Origin: Lophium mytilinum | Lineage: Eukaryota | Assembly (NCBI GenBank): GCA_010093605.1 | Contig: MU004184.1 | Location: 2,180,801-2,244,800 of the forward strand | Length of the DNA stretch: 64,000 nt | Direction of reading: 5' to 3' | Shown here: piece after piece, positions 39,192-51,034 of the stretch | Position numbering within the stretch: position 1 is the first letter of the stretch | How the letters are laid out: each line of letters begins with the position of its first letter | The notes under the pieces: model-generated | The model's database searches: none | What the model saw: the letters and a program-made list of their open reading frames with translations, nothing else | What the model was told of the DNA's origin: nothing | Position numbers and translations under genes: made by a program

Positions 39192-40611
39192 GCCCCCACT
39201 CGTGTGAGTTGCTTCTCGTGTCATGTTTCAACGTTGACTGACGCCTCAGTAGACTTGGACTACGGCTCACCGATCAATTTGCCCGAGGATATCCTGCGTG
39301 GCGGTACTTTCCTTACGGTCACCCCGGGTGGGGTATCAGATGAGGTGGCATCGCCACGGACGAGAAGGCTTCGCATGGTAGGATTGCTCCACGGTGCAGG
39401 AAACTGTGGGTGCACACAATCTTAGGGCGCTGGAGTGCATTCACTCGACGAGTTTACGGTTCTCACGCAGCGATGACATTTATGGGAACCTCAGGAGCGT
39501 GCTGGCAGCTCATAATACCTCTGTTCTATTCTTCGATTGTATTCGTATCTACGCCTCTTTCCCTTTGCCCCGTCGCGCTTGGGGGCACACACCGCAATTT
39601 CTAATTATGATATGGACCTCAGTCAGGCAGTTATCGCTCTCTTCAGGGCAAGTCGAAAGCCACAATTGCGGCGTCTCGGAATTGCCCGATACGTTGATGA
39701 GCGGTCATGTGCCTTGCCCGCGCTGCGTGATGACGTTCTGCCTAGAATACATTGGCTGTCGTGGATTGTCACTGACAGATAGCTTGAGGGAGGCGAAGGT
39801 GTGAGGCTTCTTCCCCTCATGTCAAAGCCCTCGCTGCGAAGAAGATTTTGGAAACTAGAGATAGTTGTATAAAGTCAGCCTCGCTGTGTTTGACGCTTTC
39901 TCCTCGCTACACAAGCCACTGGCCAGCGCTGTGCCCGCTGTTCGTGGAGAACAGTAGGTATATTTAGGTTGCGGAAAGGCGGAGCCCTGGCTGTGCTTGT
40001 GGCGTTCAAAGTCCCCCACCAGCCGGACGTCGATTGTCGAGGTCCTGTCCCTCTACACCCCATCCCATCCACCGCCTCGCCGTTGACTTGAACAGCATAC
40101 GGGCGTCGCGAACTACGGTTCTGGCCGTTGCGGCGTCTGATTGACATGCTAAGCTTGCGATCGACCAAGCGCCGAAACGCGGTGGGCATTGTACAGTACT
40201 ACGCCGCGGCTGCCTTAACCTCCGCGATGCCAGGCAATGCCCACACCGAATGAGGATAATCCTCAGGCGCCAGCCTACTTTCGAGTACCGATTAACTAAT
40301 TTTGGCGTGCTTCCACTGCGGCAAAGCAATCGCCTGTCGACGTGTCGGCGAGAGTTTGCTTCTTCTTTGTTTCCCAACCATGGATCCCCAAGACGCCGCA
40401 CGCAAACTCTTCGAGCTATGCCGCCCATGCCAATGAGTCGTAGAACATGTCCCCGATGAGAGCGCCACTCCCTCAGATCAAGCTCCGCTTGCGGCGCGCT
40501 GAGATCGCGCCGTTGCGCGCCTCGTAGAGGGCTGGCGGCGGTTGAACCGCTTCTCGGTGGCTCGTTTTCTTGCGGCGTAGATTATGGTTATATAGATGGG
40601 GAATTATCACG

Positions 40612-42073
40612 ATGTTGAAGCCCAAGCAGACTTCCTCCTCCATGACGGCCCCATCTGAAGATCTAGGAAGATTGACTCTGGGCGAAGGGATGGTAGTCAC
40701 GACTCGAGCTCGTGCTGCCAGGGGACAGCGGTCACCCACTCAACAACACGCCACGGCGTCCAGCTCAGATGTGATTGTTTCTGCAATTTCAGGCATTCGT
40801 TACGATGTCAGCGCACTGGAAGAAGAGGTCCGACAGCGTGTCGAGGCAGCTCTCGGAGACGACCACCACATCCGTATCAACTACTGCGTGGAAAGAGAAG
40901 GAGATGAGAACGAGCCAGATGGATACTATGCCTTCCGTATTAGCGACCAAATTAGCATTCGAGTTGGAACGGACCATCCCGGATATCAGGTTCCCAAATG
41001 CAGCTGCGGAGGCAACATTGGAGGCATAGCCTGCAAGGTTAGTATCTCCTTGACACACTCGAATGGCAGTAGCAACGAGGCTAATCAATACACCACAGCA
41101 CATCTTCTGGCTTGAAGACCAACTGGCAAACGAAGACCCGGAGACATTCCGTACGGGGCTCATCCCGCTCACGGCAGATGGCTCCAAGATCAAGAACCAA
41201 TCGCCATCCAAGGTGATCGACGACATCGGACTGGACGAGATTGCGGAACGCAAGGACTGGGTCTTGCAAGATGACGCAGAGGACCCAGAGGAAGAGATGA
41301 CGGAGATGCTCTCGGTCTTCGAGCCCTCCCGTGCACTTGCCAGCGAAATGAAAGAAGTTTCCGGTCAAAGCTCTCCCGGGTCGCATAAGTCGATCAGCCC
41401 GCACAGTCGCATATACAAGGAGTTTACCGACCTCATTACTCAGTATGCCACCGAGGATATTGGGATGTTCTACCGAATCCGCGAAATCATCACTCCAGGA
41501 TTCCAGGCAGAGGTGTTTTTCGAAAAGATGAGCGATAGGGCCACCGAGTCTTTCCAGGAGATTGACGAGACCCTTGCCCGCGGACCAACTGCCATCGACT
41601 TTTGCGATATACCAACCATCGCGGAGCGCCTCAAGAGATTGGTCAAGGGCATCGAAGATGGATATGCTGAGAGGGTGTCAGGATCGGAGTCGCCTAGCAA
41701 ACAAGCGGCCATCAAGGCTGCAGCAGCCCTGATCGATATCTTGGAGGGCGTGGTCGACCACAATCAAGACATGACTTGGACACGTCTCGGAGACGATGAC
41801 GAGCCGATCCAGGCACGTAACCTTTTCGCATATCTCATCGGCGCCCCTCTCGACTCAAGTAGCCCCTTTGTGCTGGATGTGCTCAAGGACTTGCCCCAGG
41901 ACGTGGTTGTGGAGTACCAGAAGTCTCGTCTGGACAGCATTCGCGCTAAGCTGCTTTCCAACCACGCACCGCCACCGTACATGACTCTTTTCCGCAAGAT
42001 CATCTCGCAAGAAAGCAAGAAGCGATCGAACCCCGAGATGGGCGGCAGCAGTGCGAAGAAGCCGATGAAGTGA
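40612..42073 (+). CDS. SWIM-type zinc finger protein of unknown function; intron 41038-41098
   Basis: YYAFRI..ISIRV..PKCSCGGNIGGIACK|HIFWL gives a CxC-xn-CxH SWIM motif after splicing GTTAGT...GCTAAT...CAG. The acidic helical C-terminal region ends in a basic NLS-like tail. Confidence 0.8.
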
Positions 42074-43319
42074 TGCTTTCACAAGCTTATCGGATTACAT
42101 TCCTTTCAAGTTTCAAGTTGTCCTCGTGGGAGAGGTATCTGGTGGCACTCTTTTACTCGTCCTTGTTGGTGGTGTTCTGATGTAGTTTCAGCGCGTCGTT
42201 TCCTTGCTCTAATTCTTGGTACCCCTATTCACATTGTGTTCGTAGCCGGCTCTCTGGGATAGCGTCGTGGCTTTCATAGACTATATTGATAGAAACAAAG
42301 CAGTCATTCTTTCGCTATGGGACCCCTCATCTGCTTACCACCGTATCGATGCAGTAAAGTAAGAATTGTGCGTTGTTGTGGCTTACCAAGAACAGCACAG
42401 CAGATGTCTAACTCGTCATTGGTGGATGGCTTAGGCGACCTCGATGCTCCAGGGTTGCTCGTGCCCGGGAAAAGCCGTTGCTGAATACGACATCGAAGTG
42501 CCCCGGACTAGCCGGATATGTGCAGTACAGGGGGGGAGACTGTACTATCTCGGAGCTTTGCAGAGAGGCATCGAGGTCCCAGATGTCCCATGGATGCACG
42601 TGTTGGCCGGCGGTCTTTGGTAGGCTGGACCTAGCTTTGCCTCGGTCTCACTGGCTGCATTTGCGAGTGGCGTGTCTGATAGAAGCACATGGAAGAGGGT
42701 GTCACAGGTTCCCGCGTAGTGGGTGTTGCGCTGATGGTGGCCCCGTATACATTTGGGACGAGATATGCATAGTAAGCTTCCCGGGTTGGGCGTCATTCTG
42801 GCGCACAAACGGTCAGTTGGTCGCCCAGTGGAGCGCCAATACACTCTTTAATCATGCAGGGCTTCCAAAGCTGTGAACAGTGTAGGCCCATATGGCTCCC
42901 GCGGGTGTGGTGCGCTCCGAGCGGTGGCAGCAGCGTGAGAGACGGGTGAGCAGCGCGTGAGCTCGCAATAAAGAGCAGCAGCAACAGTTTCTAAAGGGAT
43001 CGGCGGCGTGGGAGATTCGGCCCTTGTTGCAGGTGTCGTCGCAGGACGAGGGTACGATGGCTGCGATCAACCACGGCTCGCGCTGTGAGAGGCCGGTGGG
43101 TCGCCCAAGAAAGGAGCATCCTGCGGGGAAGCTGGCAGGCCGTCCCAATTGGCTCGAGCTGCGTCTGGCGGCATCAATCGCGTCGGGCAGACGATGCACA
43201 CGGAGAGCTCGACGTTGGCGACACACATCGCGGCCTTGGTCTTGGAGCTGGAGACGTCCTCTTTGTTCAGGCCTGCGATTGCGGGGTAGCGCCATGCAGC
43301 ATCGGCTCGAGTTACAGCG

Positions 43320-43327
43320 TATAAAAC
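43320..43327 (+). promoter_or_regulatory. TATA box upstream of the 43707 gene
   Basis: TATAAAA followed about 50 nt later by a CT-rich tract typical of fungal transcription start regions. Confidence 0.5.
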
Positions 43328-43706
43328 ACGGCCTCGTCGCTGCTCACGCCCGCCTTACAGAACAGACCGCACTTCTCAACCCTCTCAATCCTCTGTCTCT
43401 CTTGCTACATTCCTCTTCTACTGGCCCTCAGTATCCCAAGGCTGCTTGTGCACGCCCCTGAAACCATCGATCGCCCGCGTGCCTGCCTATCTCACGCCAT
43501 CCAGCAGCTATCCGTGACGTACCAGGGCGCCCTCACGTGCTGATCGCTGATCTGCTTCTCACTATCCCAACACCATATCTAGCTGACCGCTCTGCCTCCG
43601 TCTCTTTCCCCCCCTTCTACGCGTCCACACAGTCAATTCTCGTCCCACCACTCCCACCGCTCCAGCACAATCACCACCGCCAACACCCAACTCCAATCTC
43701 GCAGCC

Positions 43707-44558
43707 ATGTCCACCGACCGCAACTCGCCACCGCTGCAGCCAGACCGCCAGCGCCGCCGCTCCTCCTTCGCCGGCCAGACATTCCAGGACCTCTTCGGCC
43801 GCACCAACAGCGTCAGCGGCCCGGGCAGCAATCCCCCCTATCCCGGCCCCATCACCACGGCCGCTGCCCAAGCCCAGCGCCGCCGCCTCTCCGTAACCAC
43901 CCTCGGCCTCTCAGGCTCGCCCAACCAGACCTCCCCCTTCAATCTACACCCTCGCACCGAGAGTATCTCGAGTGCCAACTCGGGCTCCGTCGATGAGAGC
44001 CCCTTTGAAGATGATCCCACCCCGTCCGCGTCGAGCAACCCGACCACACCCTTTGGTCGGCGTCTCAGTTTTGGAGCACGCGCGCTGCGTGATGTGAGGA
44101 CGGGCAATGGGAACATTGGCAACTCCAATGGTAGACACTCCGTCGATAGAACCCTCTCTCCCCCGACTGCCAAAGGTCGAGGTTTGTCATCATCCACCTC
44201 GTCCCCACCGCCTGCCCTTGCTTCTCGCTCAGCCTCGCACAGCTCAACGACTCCTCGCGCTCGCGTTCATTCTGTGCATTTCAGACACGAACCCGTCCAT
44301 GTCTTAGAGAAGTCTGAGCTAACTCATATGCTCTCGCACACAGGCGACGGCTTCAACCTGGCCGAGAACCTCCGCTCCCGAGCCGAGCGCTCCTCCATCT
44401 CGGGCGCCCACAACATTCCCCAGCCCTCCGCTGCCCAACATCACCGTGCCAAGAGCGTGACCATCATGGAGCCACCAGCTCGCGAGATGCCCAAGCAGCC
44501 AAAGGTGCCCGATGCCTTCCAGGAGCGCATCCTCAAAGGGGACTTCTATATGGATTAA
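43707..44558 (+). CDS. Conserved fungal Ser/Arg-rich disordered protein (C-terminal FQERILKGDFYMD), with an in-frame facultative intron
   Basis: Strong codon bias; RRRSS, RRRLS and RRLS basophilic motifs. An intron-like segment (branch GCTAAC 44318, CAG 44341-44343) lies inside the open frame. Confidence 0.75.
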   Translation: MSTDRNSPPLQPDRQRRRSSFAGQTFQDLFGRTNSVSGPGSNPPYPGPITTAAAQAQRRRLSVTTLGLSGSPNQTSPFNLHPRTESISSANSGSVDESPFEDDPTPSASSNPTTPFGRRLSFGARALRDVRTGNGNIGNSNGRHSVDRTLSPPTAKGRGLSSSTSSPPPALASRSASHSSTTPRARVHSVHFRHEPVHVLEKSELTHMLSHTGDGFNLAENLRSRAERSSISGAHNIPQPSAAQHHRAKSVTIMEPPAREMPKQPKVPDAFQERILKGDFYMD

Positions 44559-45841
44559 CGAGGTATGGCATACCACGGACCGCCTTGCACTGCTATGCTG
44601 TATCAAAAATCTGCTTTCCCACTGGTGTTCTTCGGCGCACTATCCCCGTCCATTGGCTTTTTGTTCATCGGCGTAGTGCTGATACCTTTGGAAGTTCTCT
44701 CTAGCGTACCGGAATCGGGCAGGAGGCTGGCTTATGCACTCTGCAAAATGTGGCCATCAGAATAAGATACGTTCGTCGAAGTCGCTCCTTGTGGCATTAC
44801 CAACAGGGTTTCGTGCTCTCGGCGACCGACTATTAGTGTGTTACCAGTGCACGCTTACTATCTTCTGCATTTCTGATATTTGGACTTGAGCATAGGGAAA
44901 TCACCAGGCTGCTATCTTCTACACCTACCGGCGCTTCATATACATCTCAGGTGCTCATTGCACCTGAACAGCGCAATCAGGCGTGAGCGCTGCTTTCCCG
45001 CATTATGAGGTCTTTTTGAGACCATTTACGATTTCTTTCCTTCACGGCTGGTCCAATCGTACATTTCCACCCCGCGGCGACGGGAGGAAGGCGTTCTGCG
45101 GTTTTATCATGACTTCCTTGTCTTCTTCGACCCTGTCGTTCTGACTGTTACTTCCTGCTTTGTCTTCGCCAAACTGTACTCCTGGGATAGGGGCTTCGTG
45201 GCATGAACGGCGGCGTCTAGTGCGGTGTATTTGCTGATTACGAACTGCTTTTCTTACGATTTGCGGAAAAGCAGACAGGCTTCAGTGCGAGGATGGTTGC
45301 AGGGAAGCAGCAATGAGATGACCCAATGTTTAGGTGGACATTGTGGTACGCCAAGGCATAGGAGACCAGAATCGATAAAGAATCACCAGTCTGCACATGC
45401 CTTCTTCCTGACCAACTCATGTTATAACTGTTTTAACTAGATCATCGATGTTTTGACAACCTGATTGATCACCGGAATACAGCAGTGCTTGTTCCATTGT
45501 GATATTGACCACTTTCTACTGTACAGCTGCAAAGCATTCCTACATATTGCTTGCCCCCTTTTCGGCAATACTAGGAGCTAACGTCAGGCCAGTATCCCAG
45601 ACCGCCAAGCGATGCGAATACAAGAACAAACACGAATTCCAGCAATCATACATTATCCGCCCGAAAAGATGTGAGACGAACGCCACAAATGCCCTAACAG
45701 CGAAAATGAATGATGAAGAGATCCCCGGGCAATCCATAGCTAGGCAAAAAGCACAAAATACACCGCCTATACCCTTGACAACAGCTCGCTGTGAAATCCC
45801 AAATCTCGGCGCCCCGCCGTTTTAGCTGCTTCTACACACAC

Positions 45842-47068
45842 TTAGAACCTCTCCCTGGGCCCATTTCCGTGGTTTTCAAACAGATCCTCCAGATACGCGC
45901 TAGGTGCCCTTCCACCCGGCACCTGTGTCCCACCCGGCAAGTTTAGACTCAGGTTGCTAGTACTTAGACCGCCGTGTCCGTAGACACCTCCCCCTAGCGT
46001 ACCCGCAACACTGCTACGCGCATATCCAACGCTCTCGCCACGGCTGCCAGGTGGGCGGTCGTATGGGTTGCCCCTGCTAGGTGGTAGAGAGGGCGAGCCA
46101 GGAGGTGAAATGCCAACGGAGCGAGCACGGGAGTAGCCAGCTGCAGTCGGCCCCATAGAGAGAAGGGAGGAGGGGGGTCCGCCCGCGCCTCCAACGTGAG
46201 TGGTCTGGCCACCTGCGGCGGGTTGCGCGGCACCTGAGGCGTAGTAACCGGCTGGCAGATAGGAACTAGATCGGTTTGCGGCGGAGTGGAGACCGGCGCC
46301 GGCGGTGGGGGAGAAGAAGAGAGAGGACGACGGAGTAGGCTTCGGTGGTGTGCCGCTCGTGTTCACAGAGGAGAAGGGACGGGGCGGTTTCGAGTGTGGC
46401 GGGGGCGCAGCAGAGAGGCGGTCGAGAGACATGGTGGAAGATGCGCCGACCGCGGCGTAGAAGGATTTGCTCTTGCGATTGCCGCTGCCTGCGTTTGCGT
46501 ATGCGCCCTTGGTCTCTGTGATGGCGAGGTGCTGGTTCATGGCTGCGCGCTTGACACTGCGATGGAGGGACCATGCAACCAGGCCACGCCAGGCCAGAAT
46601 GGCCATGCCCATGAATCCAAGAGCGGCGCCGACGCAGATGAACACGGTGCCATCTGGGAGGTTGGACTTTTGCATGAAGGAAGCCTTGGACAGGTCCGGG
46701 ACAATGACAGTGGGTATGCCGGCACCCGCGATGGTCGGGAGGCCAGTCAAGTGGAACACGGACAAGCTCGTGGTGGTGGAGATGGCGGGACCGCTAGTTA
46801 CTTGAAAGGTTTCGACAGATCCAGTCGACGCCGCAGCAGATGAGGCTGCGGACGAGCCAACCGTTGTTTTTGCGGCCGCTGAAGCCGATGTGCTCGCAGC
46901 ACTCGATGCCTGTGTCGACGATGCTCCTTTCCCACTAGGTGCCGCCACTGTGCTGAGGTTTGGGAGACCCGTGTCTGCGGCTTGGACGGCCGAGGCGGAG
47001 AGGAGGACGAGGAGGACGGATAAGAGAGCGGCCAGAGGCCCGAGTCCGGGCCCTTTGGAGAGCCTCAT
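45842..47068 (-). CDS. CSI2/PRM5-like single-pass membrane protein
   Basis: Signal peptide, Ser/Thr/Ala-rich ectodomain, FMQKSNLPDGTVFICVGAALG..AWR..VAWSLHRSVKRAA transmembrane region, SLFFSPT and C-terminal RAPSAYLEDLF. Confidence 0.75.
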   Translation of the reverse strand: MRLSKGPGLGPLAALLSVLLVLLSASAVQAADTGLPNLSTVAAPSGKGASSTQASSAASTSASAAAKTTVGSSAASSAAASTGSVETFQVTSGPAISTTTSLSVFHLTGLPTIAGAGIPTVIVPDLSKASFMQKSNLPDGTVFICVGAALGFMGMAILAWRGLVAWSLHRSVKRAAMNQHLAITETKGAYANAGSGNRKSKSFYAAVGASSTMSLDRLSAAPPPHSKPPRPFSSVNTSGTPPKPTPSSSLFFSPTAGAGLHSAANRSSSYLPAGYYASGAAQPAAGGQTTHVGGAGGPPSSLLSMGPTAAGYSRARSVGISPPGSPSLPPSRGNPYDRPPGSRGESVGYARSSVAGTLGGGVYGHGGLSTSNLSLNLPGGTQVPGGRAPSAYLEDLFENHGNGPRERF

Positions 47069-47714
47069 GGCGAAAAATAGGGTGTGGATACAGTCAATGC
47101 GATCGGTCGAGGAGCGAGAGAGGTGCTGCAGAGGTGACGGGGCAACGAGGGAGGCTGCGGTGGCAGTGTCTCAGGAGATGGGGGCTAAAGGCGTGGTCCG
47201 AAGCGAGAGGCGGTCCAGCGTGCAGCCGGATGAAACGAATGAATGACAGAATACAGTGGTGGCCTGGATGAGGTGGTGAAGACTGAGCCCGGCGTCCCAG
47301 CGGCTGTGCGAACGATGGGGGAATGCAGGGGCAGTGGATCGCTGTGCGTCGTGTTGTTCTAGCGTGCCGAGCCAGCCAGGCGGCGCAACGAGAGAGCTGC
47401 TGGATTCGGCGGAGGTGATGATAGCGGAGTGATGATGCGGAGCGCGGCGACTCGAGAGCGAGTGCGAATGGCGAGCGAAGGCACAGCGGAGAGTGAATTG
47501 GTGAACTGGTGAATTGGTGAAAGAGAAGGCTGTCTGCGCCTCCCTGTCACCTGCTGCTGTCGTCTTGTTTTGGCGTCCTTGCCTCCCGTTTCCATGGCGC
47601 TAGACTCACACGTGATGCACTAGTAACGGATCAACCCCGGCCCGTGTCTTTTTTTAAAAAACATCGTCAACTGCCAAGCTCGACTTCATCGACACCACCC
47701 CGCCGCAGCACAAT

Positions 47715-48623
47715 ATGGTAAGGCCCCCAATCCGCACTTTCAAGGGCCCCGCTGAATCCCCCAGGGCGTTGCAAAGAAGACGCGGAAGTTCGTGCAAGTT
47801 AAGCGCGTTATCGGCCAGCGCGATGCCCGACTGTAACAGCCCTCCGCTCCCGCCTGTCCCTCCTCCGCTCACATATACGCAGAAAAAAGAACCAGCTCGC
47901 TGGTGCCATTGAAGTCAAGAAGAAGGCAGACGAGCTCATCCGCGAAGTGCCCCAGCAATCCTCCGCCCTCTTCTTCCAGGCCAACACCGCCCTGGTCCCG
48001 CCGGTATAGAGCCTTACAGCTTTGTTTCTACATCCCATTTTCTTCTAACATTCGGTCGCAGTACAATGTCCTAGTTGACACCAACTTCCTCTCGCACACT
48101 GTCCGCGCCAAGCTGGAAATGCTGCCGAGCATCATGAATTGTCTCTATGCCAAAGCAACACCCATCATAACGGATTGCGTGTACGTGTCGTCCCCTCTCC
48201 GCCAAGGAAGTCATGTTGGCTAATGTGCACGCCAGCATGGGTGAACTCGAGAGGCTAGGGCCGAAATACCGCATTGCCTTGAGGATTGCGAGGGACGAGA
48301 AATTGTGAGAAGAATCTGAGTAGCATCGTTAGGCTTCAACCCGCTGATACGTCGTGTAGTGAGCGGCTTACATGCGACCACAAAGGCATCTATGCCGACG
48401 ACTGCATTCATGATCGGGTCGTCAAGCATCGAATCTACATTGTGGCTACCAATGACAGAGACTTGAAGCGGAGAATACGGAAGGTCCCTGGTGTACCTGT
48501 ATGTGGCTCGCTGAACGGAACTCTTCTATTGCTGCTAAAGCTGACCTGGCCCTCTAGATCATGTCCGTTGCTAAGGGCAAATATGTCATTGAGCGCCTAC
48601 CCGATGCTCCTGAGGGCAAATGA
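47715..48623 (+). CDS. FCF1: rRNA-processing PIN-domain endonuclease Fcf1/Utp24 (7 exons, ATG-only first exon)
   Basis: [108 protein letters not shown]. Confidence 0.95.
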
Positions 48624-48884
48624 TGGATAAAAGTATGGTCTCATTTACTGCATAGCGAGGCGTTGGGTGTCAGATTCGCAAAAGTGCATTGTCAACCGTC
48701 GGTGTTCACATGGTTCCTTGAGGTTTGATATGAATAGATTATCATGGAATCATCCGCTCCAAGAAGAGAATAGTTATCAGGGGTTGGTGTCTACATGCCG
48801 CCCATCTCTACTTCACACGGGGCTCTAATTTACTACACGTATACACCTAATTTTACTGCATGTACATTCGCCTCCTGCAGCAGC

Positions 48885-49997
48885 TTAGCCGTGGCACGGA
48901 AAGTCAGATGACTCTTCGGCCGCAACCTTTTCCACATCGACACCGCGTTTCCACGTAGCTCGCTCTTTCTTTTCTATTTTCGCCATGGAAGTAACCGTAC
49001 TGCTGTAGAAGTCCATGAACTCACACAGTTCAAGCAAGAAGGGAAAATCTATCTTCTGTTCGACCCTTAAATGCCCGTTCGAGGCTTCCTGGCAATGGTA
49101 TCTCTGCCGCAGCCTTCGGTGTATCTTGAATGCTGGCGCCGGACTGTCCACCATAAACTGGCGATCTGGGGTTTCTAAGCGAGGATGGAGGTTGGAGAGG
49201 TTGACAGAGACTTCCAGATCTGAAGCACTAGCTAGTAGGTCCAGTGGAGATAGAACAGCACGCTCATTGATGGCTGACCAGGATGACTTGTCTTCGTGGT
49301 CTAGCCATATACGAAGTTTCCGAGGGGACTTCAAATGAGTAATGGCTGGGAAAAGTTGCAACCATGCAGCCAACTGCGATTCCTCGCCCGCTTTTAATGC
49401 CCCGACGGGCGTGACATCAGGGACAGAGGTGGCTGGATCCAGGTCTTCGTGTTCCTTGAAGTCTGCCAGGGGAAGCCTTACGGTAATGTCTAACACTTTG
49501 ATACATGGGAGGACGGGAACCAGAAAACCTGAAGTGGATAGCACTCTAGAGGAGGAGATGTCCGTACTATGGTGCAAGCAGCGAAGGGTGTCAAGGTCTA
49601 TGATGTTAAACACTGCTAGCTCAGCTAAATGCCCAACGACGTCGACATACCTATAAAAGCCGCGAGAGGGATAAGCAGGCGTTGCTTAAACGGGCAGTGC
49701 CCACTTACATTCTTTTGCAAACAAGGAGAACATCTCGGATAAGGCCACAAGTGTCATCTGGGCCCATATTTGATCTGACCGGCCCTTGGAAGATGTCTCC
49801 CCACGTGCATAGCCATCGTCGTTCTCCTCCCATGGTGGTGCGATGCAGTCTAATAGGTTGACATTGCCCTCTCGAAGAAGTATATGTACTTGCTTGGGGA
49901 TGATAATAGCGTAAATGGCGCGGCAGATATCATATGGCGCAAGAAGAAATTGACTTCTTAGTTGAGGGCTGATTAATCCGTGTATAGTGGATGACAT
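48885..49997 (-). pseudogene. Frameshifted fungal hypothetical gene (two-exon) next to the RIP island
   Basis: The exon 1 ORF frame splices (GTAAGT 49709...TAG 49651) into a premature stop. The frame that joins exon 2 correctly (..VLLVCKR-M|YVDVVGHLAELAVFNIIDLDTL) is shifted relative to the ATG at about 49760. Confidence 0.6.
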
Positions 49998-50266
49998 ACT
50001 GACTTAGTAGACAAGTGCGAGGTACAGTAGCAGTAAGGGGCAACGTGTGATTTATTAATGAGCCAAGATAAAAGATAGTAATTTGAAGGCGGCATAGCAT
50101 GCGGCAAGATTGGCACAGATTAGGCGCTCTGTTTAGAGTATTAGGTATGTAAACATTAAATGCTTTCTATTTGCTATATGGAGTAACTGATAAAAGCTAG
50201 CTATAACGCGACTAGACATACTAAGTAACATGCCTTACACTGTTAATTTTAATGCTATATACCTTC

Positions 50267-50530
50267 TGTAAGGATTACAATAGCATAAGCGTTATATCAT
50301 TACGCATAATAGGCTCAAAAGCCTTCAAACGGAACGAAACCGTGAACGTTTGAACGTGATACAACAAACGTTAGATAACGTTACAAGAACGTTAGAGAAA
50401 CGTTTTATAATGCATTAAATGCTGTATATATACAACTCCGTTGCTGTTGATGTAGAATAGAACTTAAGCAATACAATGCCTATCTATCTATCTATCTATC
50501 TATTCTCCCATCGACTCTATACCTTTGACA
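50267..50530 (+). mobile_element. Solo LTR (264 bp), TSD CCTTC
   Basis: Begins TGTAAG and ends TTGACA; flanked on both sides by CCTTC (50262-50266 and 50531-50535). Internal AACGTT array, TATA-like run and (TCTA)n. Strand is relative to the other copies. Confidence 0.9.
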
Positions 50531-50772
50531 CCTTCTACCTATTACTTTACTAGTAAGGTGCCTTAATATATATAATAGTTTAGTCCTTATAAACTTTCTT
50601 TTTATAGCTATAAACGAATATCAAGAATAGCTTATAATTACTAGGTATTTATTAAAGACTTTAGGTTTAGAAGGCGTTAAGAGTAGAACTAGAGATAAAA
50701 CATAGATATATACTACTTAGAAAATATGCGCCTTGCTTGCAGCTTTTATGCTAAATTAAATAGGTAATTAAC

Positions 50773-51034
50773 TGTTCAAGGTATAGAGTTAAGGTGAGAA
50801 TAGATGGATAGATAGATAGAAATTGTATTGCTTAAGTTCTATTCTATATTGACAGCAGCGGAGTATATACATAGCATTTGATGCATTATTAAATGTTTCT
50901 CTAACGTTCTTGTAACGTTATCTAACGTTTGTTGTGTTCCGTTTAAAGGCTTACGGTTTTGTCCAATTTAAAGGCTTTTGAGTCTAATAGATTATGCGTA
51001 AGGTTACAACGCTTATACTATGATAAAACTTACA
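50773..51034 (-). mobile_element. Solo LTR of the same family, inverted (262 bp), TSD TTAAC
   Basis: The reverse complement aligns along its length with 50267-50530 (TGTAAG...TGAACA). Flanked by TTAAC at 50768-50772 and 51035-51039. Confidence 0.9.

Noticed and set aside
50267..51034. MITE or Mutator-like element with ~260-bp terminal inverted repeats
   Set aside because: Each arm has its own TG..CA ends and a separate 5-bp TSD, and no TSD brackets the pair, so these are two solo LTRs.
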